Shown here: piece by piece, positions 17,534 to 27,311 of the stretch
How the letters are laid out: every line of letters begins with the position of its first letter
Position numbering within the stretch: the first letter of the stretch is position 1
Virus record (IMG/VR): IMGVR_UViG_3300038393_001027
Location: 1 to 64,000 of that record
Length of the DNA: 64,000 bases
Source of the DNA: a virus
Strand: one strand, 5' to 3'
Made by a program: the position numbers and the translations under genes
The notes under the pieces: generated by a model
Database searches by the model: none
What the model was told of the DNA's origin: nothing
The model's input: the letters and a program-made list of their open reading frames with translations, nothing else

Positions 17534-19881
17534 TGAAGCTTTACACCATCCTGACGCCTAGGGGCGATGCCCCAGACCCCAGCGCCTTTGTAGCCCTATG
17601 GGAGTCACTCTATGCCGTGCACCACCCGTCGCCAGAGACCTATTTCACGCTGGAATGGCACGCCAAAGCCGGGGAAGTGACCCTCCGGGCCGCTGTGCCG
17701 GATGGCCTGTTCCCCATCTTTGAGCGTGCATGGGCCGCCGTACACCCGGCGGTGGAGTTTGTTGAAGCGTCAGACCCACTGGCCGATTGTGTTGGCGAGA
17801 TGGCCGCCGCCCGGCTCACCTTGTGGGATCACTTCATGTTTCCGCTCGCGCAGGAGTACCGCCCAGCCGCCGACCCGGTAACCGGGCTGATCAGCGCCTT
17901 GGGTGGTCTGGGCGAGCAGGAACAGGTTTGCGTGCAGGTCACCCTGCAACCCGTTCATTTGCGGCATACCAGCCGTTTGGAGCACACATGGCAGGCCTAC
18001 CAGCGCTCGGGCGCCCGGCCCAGCCGGACACCCGAAGCCCTTTGCGACTGGCCGACCGCCCTAGAACTGCCCATCGGCATGCTCTACACCGTAGCTGACT
18101 GGGCCTATCGCTATACGCAGGGGCGCGGTCAGCGGGCGTCACAGGTCCTGCCGGAAGTCGCAGGTAGCGTCCGGCGGAAGATCGATGGCCGCTACTTGCT
18201 CGATGCTACCGTCCGGATACTCGCTGTGGCCGCTGACGCCGGATCCGCCGACACCAACCTTGCCGCAGTCGTTTCGGCGTTCGCACCCCTCGCTCACCAA
18301 AACCGCTGGCACACCCACAGAGAGGATGCAACCACGCTTCTGCCGTTAATGCGCGCACGGTCCCGCCCCTTCCACAAAGAGAACTTCCTTGGCCCTGCTG
18401 AACTTGCCGCCATGCTTCATACCCCGGCGCCCCAAACCCCGCTGTTCAAGCGCCTCCCCAGTCGTAGGATGCCCGTTCCAGACGGCATTCAAACCTACCC
18501 AACCATAGAAGCGGCTCAGGCCGCTGGGGCGATCGTGATAGGAGTAAGCCGCTACCGGGGTACAACCCGCTACATCGGCTTTACCAACCTGCGAATGCTC
18601 ATGCAACACCTTTACTGCATCGGCGCCACCGGGTCCGGCAAGACCACCATGCTTCAGCTTATTGCCCTACAGGTTGCAGTACAGCATGGGGCCGGACTGA
18701 CCTTCTTCGATGTGAAGGGCGACGCCGTAAAGCACCTGATGACCTACCTGCCAGAAGCCGCCCGCAACCGTGTTATCTACATCGACCTGTCACAGGACCT
18801 CTGGTTCATGCCCTTCAACGTCCTCCGCTTCCCCGGTCTGGACCTGCTGGACCTCGTGACACTGATCGTCAACGTCTTTCTGGCGATCTTCGGCGAACAG
18901 TCCATTCAGGCGCACAGCCAGAAGATGTTGCGAGCCTCACTCATCGCCATCTTGGAACAAGACCCCGACGCCACGCTCTATGAAGCCTACCGCATGTTCA
19001 CAGACGCCGCCTACCGCCAGCGCATTATTGCAGGCATGGAGCGTCAGACCGAGTACCCCCATGACGTACTTCACTTCTGGCGGATCTACGATGACCCCAA
19101 GGGCATGGGCGAGAAACGGCCGGATTCAGCCGCCATTCAGAACAAGCTGGAGTACATCCTACAGGCAACGAAGCCCAAACACATGCTGACCCAACCGGGT
19201 TTGGCCTTCGATTGGCGTGAAGCCATGGACTCCTCCAAGATCGTCCTTGTGAACCTCGACATCGGCCGAAATGACCCCACCATTCAGAAGTTCTTCGGGA
19301 CCCTGTTCACCCGACTCATCCTGAAGGCCGCATTCAGCCGCTCCGATCAGCCAGAAGCAGACCGGGTACCACATCTGTTCATCCTCGATGAGTTTGAGCA
19401 GTTCACGGAGCAGAGCGGCGAGTTCGCAGACCTACTGGCCCTTGCCCGTGCCTACGGGCTGGGGCTGTGCCTCACCCATCAATCAGTGAAGCAACTCGAT
19501 GACCGCATGCTCAGCCTCATCGCCGACAACACCTTCACCCAGATCAGCCTGATGATCGGTGATGGCTCTTCTGGGCGCATTTCGAAGCTGTTTCCCGGCT
19601 TCCAGCCCGACGATCTAACCAGCCTGCTCTGTGGGTCAGCTACCGGGTTTGAAGGGGTTGCCCGGCTCAGGAAGCTGGACCCCCAGCCGTTCACCTTTAA
19701 CACACTGGCCGTAGAGGACCTGTTTGAGCCACAGGGTTCTGTTGAAAACCTGATTCAAGACCAACACCAACGCCTTTACCGCCCAAGAGCCGCCGTGCAG
19801 GCTGAACTGGCCGCCCGCCGGGGCGCCTCGGCCCAGATTGACACCAGCGGGGCTGTGAAACGGAAAAAGCCCCCAGCCTAA
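17533..19881 (+). CDS. VirD4/TraD/TrwB-like type IV coupling ATPase (FtsK/HerA superfamily)
   Basis: HLYCIGATGSGKT (Walker A), FFDVKGD, FILDEF (Walker B), ARAYGLGLCLTHQSVKQL. Confidence 0.85.
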   Translation: MKLYTILTPRGDAPDPSAFVALWESLYAVHHPSPETYFTLEWHAKAGEVTLRAAVPDGLFPIFERAWAAVHPAVEFVEASDPLADCVGEMAAARLTLWDHFMFPLAQEYRPAADPVTGLISALGGLGEQEQVCVQVTLQPVHLRHTSRLEHTWQAYQRSGARPSRTPEALCDWPTALELPIGMLYTVADWAYRYTQGRGQRASQVLPEVAGSVRRKIDGRYLLDATVRILAVAADAGSADTNLAAVVSAFAPLAHQNRWHTHREDATTLLPLMRARSRPFHKENFLGPAELAAMLHTPAPQTPLFKRLPSRRMPVPDGIQTYPTIEAAQAAGAIVIGVSRYRGTTRYIGFTNLRMLMQHLYCIGATGSGKTTMLQLIALQVAVQHGAGLTFFDVKGDAVKHLMTYLPEAARNRVIYIDLSQDLWFMPFNVLRFPGLDLLDLVTLIVNVFLAIFGEQSIQAHSQKMLRASLIAILEQDPDATLYEAYRMFTDAAYRQRIIAGMERQTEYPHDVLHFWRIYDDPKGMGEKRPDSAAIQNKLEYILQATKPKHMLTQPGLAFDWREAMDSSKIVLVNLDIGRNDPTIQKFFGTLFTRLILKAAFSRSDQPEADRVPHLFILDEFEQFTEQSGEFADLLALARAYGLGLCLTHQSVKQLDDRMLSLIADNTFTQISLMIGDGSSGRISKLFPGFQPDDLTSLLCGSATGFEGVARLRKLDPQPFTFNTLAVEDLFEPQGSVENLIQDQHQRLYRPRAAVQAELAARRGASAQIDTSGAVKRKKPPA

Positions 19882-19904
19882 GCTGGGGGCTCCCTATAAG
19901 GAGG

Positions 19905-20762
19905 ATGCCGAGTTTGCGCCGCCACAAACTAACACCCTTAGAAAGGGTTCTCGCTTCGCCGCGACTTACCTGCCGGGATAAAGAGGTACTTTTTACCATC
20001 GGGCGCCTCCGGCTGGTAACCCCCCGCCTGCTGGCCGAAGTATTCCTGCCCTGCTATCCGGAAGCTTCCGCGCTGGTTATCATCCGGCGGCGGTTAAAGG
20101 TCCTGCTGGACCTAGGCCTGATCGACCGCTGGCGCCCCCGGCTGGCCCCCGGCAAGGGTACGGCGGAGTACGTCATACTGCTCACGAGCCTCGGCAAAGA
20201 GTTTCTGCAGTTCTTCAGCGGCTACACGTGCCGGATCGGAAGCCCAAGCCAACCGCTTGGGATTGTTCAATCCACGATGCACACTTATGAGGTAAGCACA
20301 CGGCTCTATCTTCCCATCCTTCGGGCAACGCGCCAGCGTCAGCTTCAACTCCGTGAGTACGCCGTGGAGGACGGTTTGCATTGTCCCGATGTGCCAGCCT
20401 GTAACAAGCCACGGATCCGGCTGTTCCCTGATCTCACGCTCAAACTCGGTACGCCAGACGATGAAAGCGACTTCTACCTGTGTTTCGAATGGGATCGTGG
20501 GACCATGACAGTTAAGCAACTCCTGCAGAAACTTGACCGTTACGATCGATTCTGTCGAACGACCCGATGGGCACCTGTCTGTGCTTTCGTGACCACCAGT
20601 TGGCACCGAGTTCTGACCGTGGCAAAAGCCATTACGCATTGTAGTCCTCCTCTGCAAGTTCCATGGCACTTGACCGCTATCGAAGACTTCGAGCGCAACC
20701 CGCTAGGTCGCATCTGGGTCCGGCCGGGCGCCCTTGATACAGCAGTACCACTCCCCGTCTAA
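19905..20762 (+). CDS. Replication-relaxation (Replic_Relax) family nuclease
   Basis: LTCRDKEVL..RRRLKVLLDLGLI wHTH; H..; FPD..; FEWDRGTM..KLDRY signature; AAGGAGG RBS. Confidence 0.8.
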   Translation: MPSLRRHKLTPLERVLASPRLTCRDKEVLFTIGRLRLVTPRLLAEVFLPCYPEASALVIIRRRLKVLLDLGLIDRWRPRLAPGKGTAEYVILLTSLGKEFLQFFSGYTCRIGSPSQPLGIVQSTMHTYEVSTRLYLPILRATRQRQLQLREYAVEDGLHCPDVPACNKPRIRLFPDLTLKLGTPDDESDFYLCFEWDRGTMTVKQLLQKLDRYDRFCRTTRWAPVCAFVTTSWHRVLTVAKAITHCSPPLQVPWHLTAIEDFERNPLGRIWVRPGALDTAVPLPV

Positions 20763-20764
20763 GC

Positions 20765-20798
20765 AAAAAAGCCCCCGGCCACACGGCTGGGGGCTTTT
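20765..20798. terminator. Bidirectional intrinsic terminator between convergent units
   Basis: AAAAAA GCCCCCGGCC ACAC GGCTGGGGGC TTTT. Confidence 0.8.
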
Positions 20799-20805
20799 CT
20801 GGTCA

Positions 20806-21213
20806 CTACTCAGCCTCGTGGGGCATGTTGTCTGGGTACAGGGGTGGCACAGGAGCGTCAGGTTCAGCACCGGGGCCATCATAGGGGACCTCCGAGGCCG
20901 CTGGGACCGGGGGAATCAGCTTGATCTCACCCGTCGCCAGATCCACGTTGATCTGGGCGCTCGGCGCAAGCGCATAGCGCTCCAGCAAGGCCTGTCGAAC
21001 TTCACCCTGCTTCCGCTGGTTCTCAGCGACCTTCCCCCGGAGCGTGCCGATCAGGTAGTCGGTGACCAGCTTGGTCTCTTCCGCCTCCTGAGTCAGCATC
21101 CGAACGTAGTTCAGTTCCGTAACGCTCACCTTACCCAGAATCACCGGGGCGCCCGGTTCAGCGGTAGCCTGCGCGGCTTCAGCGGCCTTGATGCGCTTCT
21201 GCTTCTCACCCAT
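20806..21213 (-). CDS. Hypothetical coiled-coil protein
   Basis: AAGGAG RBS. Confidence 0.65.
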   Translation of the reverse strand: MGEKQKRIKAAEAAQATAEPGAPVILGKVSVTELNYVRMLTQEAEETKLVTDYLIGTLRGKVAENQRKQGEVRQALLERYALAPSAQINVDLATGEIKLIPPVPAASEVPYDGPGAEPDAPVPPLYPDNMPHEAE

Positions 21214-21228
21214 GGTTGTTTAGTCTCC

Positions 21229-21435
21229 TTATGCCTCGTAGATGTCGTAGATCTCCAGCAGGTACCGGGCCTGCACCCGGCGCCCCTCACGGGCCTGCTC
21301 TGAAAGCTGGTCCCACTCCAAAAACGGCTGGCCGGGCACCTTGTTGACTACCAACCCAGCCTCGACCGCCTCCCGACCCGCCTCATGTAGAGTTTTGGCA
21401 AGCTCCTCAGCATCTATGATCAGCCGCTTAGACAT
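21229..21435 (-). CDS. Small hypothetical protein
   Basis: LAKTLHEA..WDQLSEQARE motif. Confidence 0.65.
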   Translation of the reverse strand: MSKRLIIDAEELAKTLHEAGREAVEAGLVVNKVPGQPFLEWDQLSEQAREGRRVQARYLLEIYDIYEA

Positions 21436-21446
21436 GTTCGTTCCCC

Positions 21447-21800
21447 CTACTTGATGATGACGTTCTGCTCTTCAAGGGTCGATGCAACCGGGGCCATGTA
21501 CTGGGGCGTCTTTAGCTCCTTCCATGCACCTAGACCCGCCCTGCGCTGGCCTTCCGATTGCTTCTCGGCAGTCACCTTCACAAGGTAGCGGTCCCGCTGG
21601 CTCTTCTTGGCCGCCCGGCAGGTCGCACCCTCGGGCAGGGGCAATTCAGACCCCGCCGGGACACAGGCCACAACAGTGCCTTGGTAGGTCTTGGACCCCC
21701 AGCCGCTGGTCCTCAGGATCACATCCTGACCCGGTGTCAACCAACGTCGCAGGTCCAGCGTCACTTGGGCACTCTTTTCACGTACCATATCAGCTTCCAC
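21447..21800 (-). CDS. Hypothetical protein
   Basis: Tightly packed ORF. Confidence 0.6.
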   Translation of the reverse strand: MEADMVREKSAQVTLDLRRWLTPGQDVILRTSGWGSKTYQGTVVACVPAGSELPLPEGATCRAAKKSQRDRYLVKVTAEKQSEGQRRAGLGAWKELKTPQYMAPVASTLEEQNVIIK

Positions 21801-22386
21801 CTCTCAAAATGAAGTCGCTATAGCTACTCCGGGGTGTGCCCCGGCTTGCTATGTAGTCCCGCAGGCCACCTTCGCCCCGGTTGTAAGCCGTCAGGGTCTC
21901 ATCCCAGTCCGGATACTTCCCGTGCAGGTAGTCAAGGTACCAGAAGCCCATGGTTAGATTGTCGCGGGGGTTGTAGAGGTCTGGATTCTCCAGCCCCACC
22001 CGCCGGGCCAGCCACGGCCACGTTCCCGCGTTCAACTGCATCAGCCCATGGTCATTCGTCGGACTGATAAGGTTGGTGTTGCCCTTGGATTCCCGCCAGA
22101 TGAGCCGCTGGGCTACCCAGTGCGGGATCTCGTAGGTTCCCGCCAACTCATAGGCGACTTGTCCAGCTTCCGTGCCTAAGAACTCCTGCCAGTGCAGAAG
22201 CGCCGGATCTGGGGGACCTTCGAAGGTGTCCCCCATGGCGTACAGGGGCGGTCCTTCTACGACGTCACTCAGCAGGGGCGGCACCGTGACGACGATCTCC
22301 GTAACGACTAACGGCTGGGGGGTAAGTAACCCCCCAGCCGTCAGAGCGACGCCAAAGATGATGAAGGGGAGAAGGAGGTATTTCAT
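21790..22386 (-). CDS. Membrane-anchored lytic transglycosylase (SLT domain)
   Basis: N-terminal TM helix; RES..GLMQL..YNPRDN..G..YL..AYNRG. Confidence 0.85.
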   Translation of the reverse strand: MKYLLLPFIIFGVALTAGGLLTPQPLVVTEIVVTVPPLLSDVVEGPPLYAMGDTFEGPPDPALLHWQEFLGTEAGQVAYELAGTYEIPHWVAQRLIWRESKGNTNLISPTNDHGLMQLNAGTWPWLARRVGLENPDLYNPRDNLTMGFWYLDYLHGKYPDWDETLTAYNRGEGGLRDYIASRGTPRSSYSDFILRGGS

Positions 22387-22390
22387 CCGG

Positions 22391-22702
22391 TTAGCGGCTC
22401 TCGTAGGCCTCAGCATAGGCCGCAGGCGCAAGACGGACCCGGATGATGGTTAGCTGGTAGCCCTTACGGGTCTCATTGGCACCCACCGTCAGATCAGCGA
22501 AGTCAGGCTTGATCACGCAATCCTCACCGCGCGGCGCCAGATGCCCCCGCGCGATGCAGATGGCGGCCAGCGCCTTGGTATAGGCGTCTTCCCCCATAAA
22601 CTCCAGCACCACGGCGTCGGTCTCCTTCAGCCGGGCAGTCAGGGCGCCTGCCAGCGACTTGGGCTCGGTGGCGGCGGCAACTTTTAGCGTCGGTAGCGTC
22701 AT
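22391..22702 (-). CDS. spoVS: Stage V sporulation protein S homolog
   Basis: LKVAAATEPKSLAGAL..MGEDA..KALAAICIARGHLAPRGED..PDFADL parallels SpoVS (LKVSAKSSPNSVAGAL..AVKAVAIARGFVAPSG, from memory). Confidence 0.8.
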   Translation of the reverse strand: MTLPTLKVAAATEPKSLAGALTARLKETDAVVLEFMGEDAYTKALAAICIARGHLAPRGEDCVIKPDFADLTVGANETRKGYQLTIIRVRLAPAAYAEAYESR

Positions 22703-22717
22703 CGGAGCGGCCCCCTT

Positions 22718-23413
22718 CTAGATGCCTTCTTGGGACGTGATTTCGGGCGGGAGGAAGTCGGCGAAGTAGATGCCCGGTCGGCTGGCGTTGTAGTCAGCCA
22801 GATGGACAACGATCTCTACCGAACTTTGAGGCCTGAAGCGGTTGTTGGGGCCTTCTGACCCGATGTTCACCCAGCCGCCTTTGGCGATGTTCCCCATATG
22901 TGTCTCGATGGCGTCAAAAATGGCATTCGCCGCCGCGAGCGGGATCTCCTTGTGAAACTGATGGTCCTCGTGCCGGGGGCTGGCGTACAGGATCCGGGGC
23001 AGGACCGGGTGGGCGTTGTAGTAGCCCTCGTCCGGATCGTCATGCAAGCCGTACTTGCAGGTATCATGCAGGGCCATGGCCGCTACAGCGATGTCCCGTT
23101 GGTCGATCGTCAGGCCAAAGGTATCAGCAAGCTCATAGGCGTTGTACATGCCGAAGACCACGTGCCGAAGCAGGCCGCCTTCACCTAGTCCCCAGTTGGG
23201 GTGGTACTTACCCGTCATCGAAGAAGGGATGTACCAGAAGTAGAGCGGGGCCGCCTCCAAGCACTTCATCACGAACTGCTGGATCATGATGCTGTTGCGG
23301 CTGGGCGCCTTCGGGTCCCCGATCCACTTCTCGACGTACTCCCGGATCTCCACAAGGCCTTCAGCCCGGAACTGCGCCTTCTGCTCAGCGGTGTAGGTTG
23401 GGAATGTACGCAT
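22718..23413 (-). CDS. HD-domain phosphohydrolase
   Basis: SSMTGKYHP..GGLLRH..LHDTCK..HP..THMG..HLAD. Confidence 0.8.
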   Translation of the reverse strand: MRTFPTYTAEQKAQFRAEGLVEIREYVEKWIGDPKAPSRNSIMIQQFVMKCLEAAPLYFWYIPSSMTGKYHPNWGLGEGGLLRHVVFGMYNAYELADTFGLTIDQRDIAVAAMALHDTCKYGLHDDPDEGYYNAHPVLPRILYASPRHEDHQFHKEIPLAAANAIFDAIETHMGNIAKGGWVNIGSEGPNNRFRPQSSVEIVVHLADYNASRPGIYFADFLPPEITSQEGI

Positions 23414-23466
23414 GAGGTCCTCCTTGGGTGTGATGGGGGCCGGGCGCCCGGCCCCCCCGTTGGATG

Positions 23467-24675
23467 TTACAGCCCCAGATCGGTCATGATCTTTTCAGCG
23501 CCCGTAGCCTTGCGGGTGCGCTTGGGCTTCGTTTCAGCCGGGACTAGGGTCGGTGGTATAGCTTCCGCCGCCTGCAACTCCATAGCCGTTAGAACCGGGG
23601 TCTCTGACTTCTCAACCAGCGCCAACGCCATCAACTGCTTGAACTGGGCGATCTGCTCCTCCGGGGTGTCCTCCGGCAGGGTATAGGTCAGGCCGCCAAT
23701 CTCGACGACGTTGGGCTTCGCCGGGGGCGGCAGTACCCCGTCAGACTCCCAGCAGAAGTGGTAGTAGCCACAGTTGCCGTCCGTCCACTTGCAGGGGAAC
23801 TTGCTGGCGTTGGCGCCCTCGCACATGGGCGGAAGCTCCCGGCGGTCGATCATCTCCGCAAGCTCCACCAACTCCTGAAGCATGCCCTTCTGGATCCAGT
23901 TGACGCCATCGTTGGCCTTAATGCCGTAGATGAAACGGGGGTCGTAGACCTGCGCAAAGGCCTTGTCGTACTGCTTGTTCTTGTCCTCGTAGTAGACCCA
24001 GCCCACCCGGATGCCCGTACGCCACTGGTAGAAGGCCAACTGCCGGATGTGGGCAGGCTCAGGGGCGTCGTTCTTCACATGGTCCTTGAAGCCCCACTCG
24101 CCCACCGACTTCATCTCGATGATGGCAAGGTCGCCGGGCTTCGGGGCCGGGCCTTCCGGTAGGGGGAACTGCGCCGGGTTAATGAAGCCTTGCTCCGCAA
24201 GCTCCAGATAGAGACAATAGAGCTTGTAGTAGTCGATGATCAGGTCGATGCGGCCTGAGATATTGACGGGGACCTCCGGGTCCTCGTAGGTATCCACCCG
24301 AACTTCTTCTGCCACCAGCAGACCAGCTTCCTTCAGCCAGTCAGAGTGGCGCATCTGGACGTACTCACCGTTCTCAAAGACGCGGGCGTGCTTGCCGTGG
24401 AAGAGTTCCTTCTTAGGAACCTCAGGTATGAAGCCCAAGAAGACCTTCCGGGCCGGGTAGCCGATCTCAGAGGCGTAGTAGCCCTTGCGCTTGGACCCGT
24501 GGGTCTTCTTGCGCTCGATCTCCTTGACGCCGTTGCGCCGGATCAGCCATGCGTTGAGCACGCCACCCAAGTCCAGCGGCTGAAGACCGGGTGTGGTCAG
24601 GTCACGGGCGTTGTTGTTCTGGATGGCTTCACCGATCAGCGGGGCGTAATCAGGGTGGATGTACGTCTCAGACAT
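23467..24675 (-). CDS. Cas4-like / PD-(D/E)XK exonuclease
   Basis: SGRIDL..IEMKS..HIRQLAFY and C-terminal C..C..C cluster. Confidence 0.75.
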   Translation of the reverse strand: MSETYIHPDYAPLIGEAIQNNNARDLTTPGLQPLDLGGVLNAWLIRRNGVKEIERKKTHGSKRKGYYASEIGYPARKVFLGFIPEVPKKELFHGKHARVFENGEYVQMRHSDWLKEAGLLVAEEVRVDTYEDPEVPVNISGRIDLIIDYYKLYCLYLELAEQGFINPAQFPLPEGPAPKPGDLAIIEMKSVGEWGFKDHVKNDAPEPAHIRQLAFYQWRTGIRVGWVYYEDKNKQYDKAFAQVYDPRFIYGIKANDGVNWIQKGMLQELVELAEMIDRRELPPMCEGANASKFPCKWTDGNCGYYHFCWESDGVLPPPAKPNVVEIGGLTYTLPEDTPEEQIAQFKQLMALALVEKSETPVLTAMELQAAEAIPPTLVPAETKPKRTRKATGAEKIMTDLGL

Positions 24676-24709
24676 GTGGATGGGTCCCTCCTTGGGGTGT
24701 TTCGACCTC

Positions 24710-24731
24710 AGTATAACCCGTACTTGGACAA
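24710..24731 (-). promoter_or_regulatory. Class II promoter
   Basis: TTGTCCAA GTACGGGT TATACT. Confidence 0.6.
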
Positions 24732-24820
24732 AAAACAACAATTTTGTATAAGAAGGAGGGCCGGGTGATTTACCCAGCCCTCAGCGATTTACCCAGCCCC
24801 ACCGGGGCCTAACAGGAGCC

Positions 24821-26752
24821 TCAGCCCTTGGCTGGGCGCTCCACCTTGAAGGTAGGCGCCGCCGGGCGCTCGACCAGCGGCATCTCACACATCCCGCTGT
24901 GGCAGTTGGCGTCAAGGATCTGCTGGGCGGCCTCTAGGTTGGGATCCGCAGGTTCCCCACCCGCCATGGGCGCCGGGGCCGCCTCCGTCTTGTTGCCTGC
25001 CGTGAGCACCTGCCCATAGCGGGAGCCGTCCCGGTAGACCGTGATGCCCTTCAGGCCCAGCTTCCACGCCAGATCGTAGGCCTCACGCACGTTGGCTTCG
25101 GTGGCCTCGTTGGCGAAGTTGATCGTTTTGCTGACCGCCGCACATGTGGTCTCCAGCACACTCTCATCGTCGTCGCCCTGCCATGCGGCCTGCATGCGCA
25201 CATGCCACTTCGGCCCGATCTCGTTGGCCGTCAGGAACAGGTTCCGGACGTTCTTCGGCACAAGGTCGGTATCCACGTCGCCATAGACCTGCAGATGCTC
25301 AGCCAGATCATCGGACCAGAAGCCTTGAGCCTTCGCCACCGCGATGAACTGCGCATCAACGTCCAGCATCTGGGCGCCCGCCTGATTCCGGGTGATCACG
25401 AGGGCGAACTTCGGCTCGATGCCGCCTGAAACAGGCATGTCGGGCCGGGCGGCAAGGATGGAGATGGTCCCAGTCGGGGCCACGGTCAGGGTCGTAGCGT
25501 TGCGCATGGGCACACCCGCCTTCTGCCACTGCGAGCCTGCATACTCCGGGTAGGTGCCCCGAACGCCCGCCAGCCGCTTCGACTCTTCCACGGTCGCCCG
25601 TTTGATGAAGCGTCGCACCCGGACGGCCATCTCGATGCCTTCTTCACTGGCGTAGGGGATGCCCAACTGGACGAGCATCTCAGCCCAGCCCATGACACCC
25701 AGCCCAATCCGGCGGTCCCGGCGGGCCTTCTCAGCGATCTGCTCCAGTGGGTACTTGTTCAGGTCGATCACGTTGTCAAGGAAGTGGGTCGTGAGCGCCG
25801 TCACAGACGCCAGCCGGACCCAATCCGGCCGGGCCGCCGGGGTGTAAGGGTCAAGCACGAAGTTGGCGAGGTTGATCGAACCAAGGTTGCAGGAACCGTA
25901 GGGCGGCAGGGGCTGTTCGCCGCAGGGGTTGGTGGCCTCGATGATCTCCGCATGGTTGTTGGGGTTGCGGCGGTTCATCCGATCAAGGAAGACGATGCCC
26001 GGCTCGCCCGTGGCCCAAGCGGCGTTGACCAGCTTATCCCAGACCATCTTAGCGTCCAGCATGTCAACAACCCGGTTATTATGCGGGCTAATCAGTTCAT
26101 AGGCGTCACCTGTCTCCAGCGCCGCCATGAAGGCGTCCGTGATGCCCACAGAGATGTTGAAGTTGGTGATCTGGCTCGTGTCAGACTTGCACTCGATGAA
26201 CTCCAAGATGTCCGGGTGATCGACCCGGAGGATGCCCATATTGGCGCCCCGACGGGTCCCGCCCTGCTTGATGTGCTCCGTGCTGGCGTTGTAGACCTGC
26301 ATGAAGCTGACCGGGCCGCTGGCGATGCCCTGCGAGCGACGCACCGGAGCGCCCTTCTCCCGCAGGCGACTGAAACTGAAGCCCGTACCACCGCCCGTCT
26401 GGTGGATCAGGGCCTGATACTTCATGCCGTCGTAGATCTCGGGGATGCTGTCACCCACCGGAAGAACGAAGCAGGCGCTTAGCTGACCCAGTTCGGTCCC
26501 GGCACCCGTGAGCGTCGGGGAGTTGGGCATGAAGTCGTGGTTCTGCATCAGGCGGTAGAGCATGCCAGCGAATAGCGTCGCCGTCTCCTCATTTGCGCCG
26601 TACTTCAGGTCGCCCGATGCGACGACGCTTGCCACCCGCCACAGCAGTTCCTCCGGGGTTTCGCGCTCCCCGTTCTCCTTTAGGCGCGGGTACCGCTTTT
26701 CCAGTACCGTTTTGGCGATGTCCGTGATCACCCAAGGTTGCAGATCCGTCAT
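24821..26752 (-). CDS. nrdJ: Class II (adenosylcobalamin-dependent) ribonucleotide reductase
   Basis: FMPNSPTL, LSACFV, TNPCGEQ, CNLGSINL, APTGTIS, KGITVYRDGSR, C-terminal CxxxxC; no beta subunit gene nearby. Confidence 0.9.
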   Translation of the reverse strand: MTDLQPWVITDIAKTVLEKRYPRLKENGERETPEELLWRVASVVASGDLKYGANEETATLFAGMLYRLMQNHDFMPNSPTLTGAGTELGQLSACFVLPVGDSIPEIYDGMKYQALIHQTGGGTGFSFSRLREKGAPVRRSQGIASGPVSFMQVYNASTEHIKQGGTRRGANMGILRVDHPDILEFIECKSDTSQITNFNISVGITDAFMAALETGDAYELISPHNNRVVDMLDAKMVWDKLVNAAWATGEPGIVFLDRMNRRNPNNHAEIIEATNPCGEQPLPPYGSCNLGSINLANFVLDPYTPAARPDWVRLASVTALTTHFLDNVIDLNKYPLEQIAEKARRDRRIGLGVMGWAEMLVQLGIPYASEEGIEMAVRVRRFIKRATVEESKRLAGVRGTYPEYAGSQWQKAGVPMRNATTLTVAPTGTISILAARPDMPVSGGIEPKFALVITRNQAGAQMLDVDAQFIAVAKAQGFWSDDLAEHLQVYGDVDTDLVPKNVRNLFLTANEIGPKWHVRMQAAWQGDDDESVLETTCAAVSKTINFANEATEANVREAYDLAWKLGLKGITVYRDGSRYGQVLTAGNKTEAAPAPMAGGEPADPNLEAAQQILDANCHSGMCEMPLVERPAAPTFKVERPAKG

Positions 26753-27311
26753 GATGCTCAACTCCCACTAGGTATTTGAATCGGCAGTATGCCAGCCCGA
26801 TGGCGTCCCGGATGTGGTATCCGGGGTCGTTCGCCTTCAGGTAGGCGGCGTCAAGCTTCAACGCCTTCTCATGGGTAAGGTAGTGGGAAGTTTGGTTCTT
26901 GTTGGCTGTGCGGCACTTCAGCAGAATCTGCTTCCAGTGACCGTTAGTGAAGATTTCACAAGGTACACCCAGCGTCCTGCAGGCAATCCGGATGCTCTCG
27001 ATGAGAGCCACCATGGCTGAAGGTACATCACCCCGGCCGCCCATGTAAACGAAGTCTTCCATGACGACGTGGGTGACTTGGTGTTCCCGAATGGCTTCCA
27101 CCACCCGGCCTACCTGCATGTCGATGCGTTCCCGGTTGCTGAACGCGATGCCCAGCGCCTTGTCAGCCCATTTTTCGGTCTTCCAAAGACCAAAGGCCAT
27201 CATGGGCTTCAGGACCTTCCCCAAGGTTGTGTCACCTTCGAGTACGTCCCAGCCAAAGCTTGCGGTTCCCGGATCCAGCCCCAGAATCCGAACAATCGCC
27301 ACGTGGACCAC
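26589..27311 (-). CDS. ruvC: RuvC-like Holliday junction resolvase
   Basis: ILGLDPGTASFGW, VVMED, WK..ANK, DAIGLA. Confidence 0.8.
   Translation of the reverse strand: MVHVAIVRILGLDPGTASFGWDVLEGDTTLGKVLKPMMAFGLWKTEKWADKALGIAFSNRERIDMQVGRVVEAIREHQVTHVVMEDFVYMGGRGDVPSAMVALIESIRIACRTLGVPCEIFTNGHWKQILLKCRTANKNQTSHYLTHEKALKLDAAYLKANDPGYHIRDAIGLAYCRFKYLVGVEHHDGSATLGDHGHRQNGTGKAVPAPKGERGARNPGGTAVAGGKRRRIGRPEVRRK

Noticed and set aside
24767-24799. 14-bp direct repeat GATTTACCCAGCCC
   Set aside because: It is most simply a local duplication of one arm of the terminator hairpin after nrdJ.
26589-26752. 164-nt overlap of the ruvC tail with nrdJ as a functional dual-coding region
   Set aside because: The RuvC domain ends before the overlap and the tail looks like simple run-on to the next stop codon.
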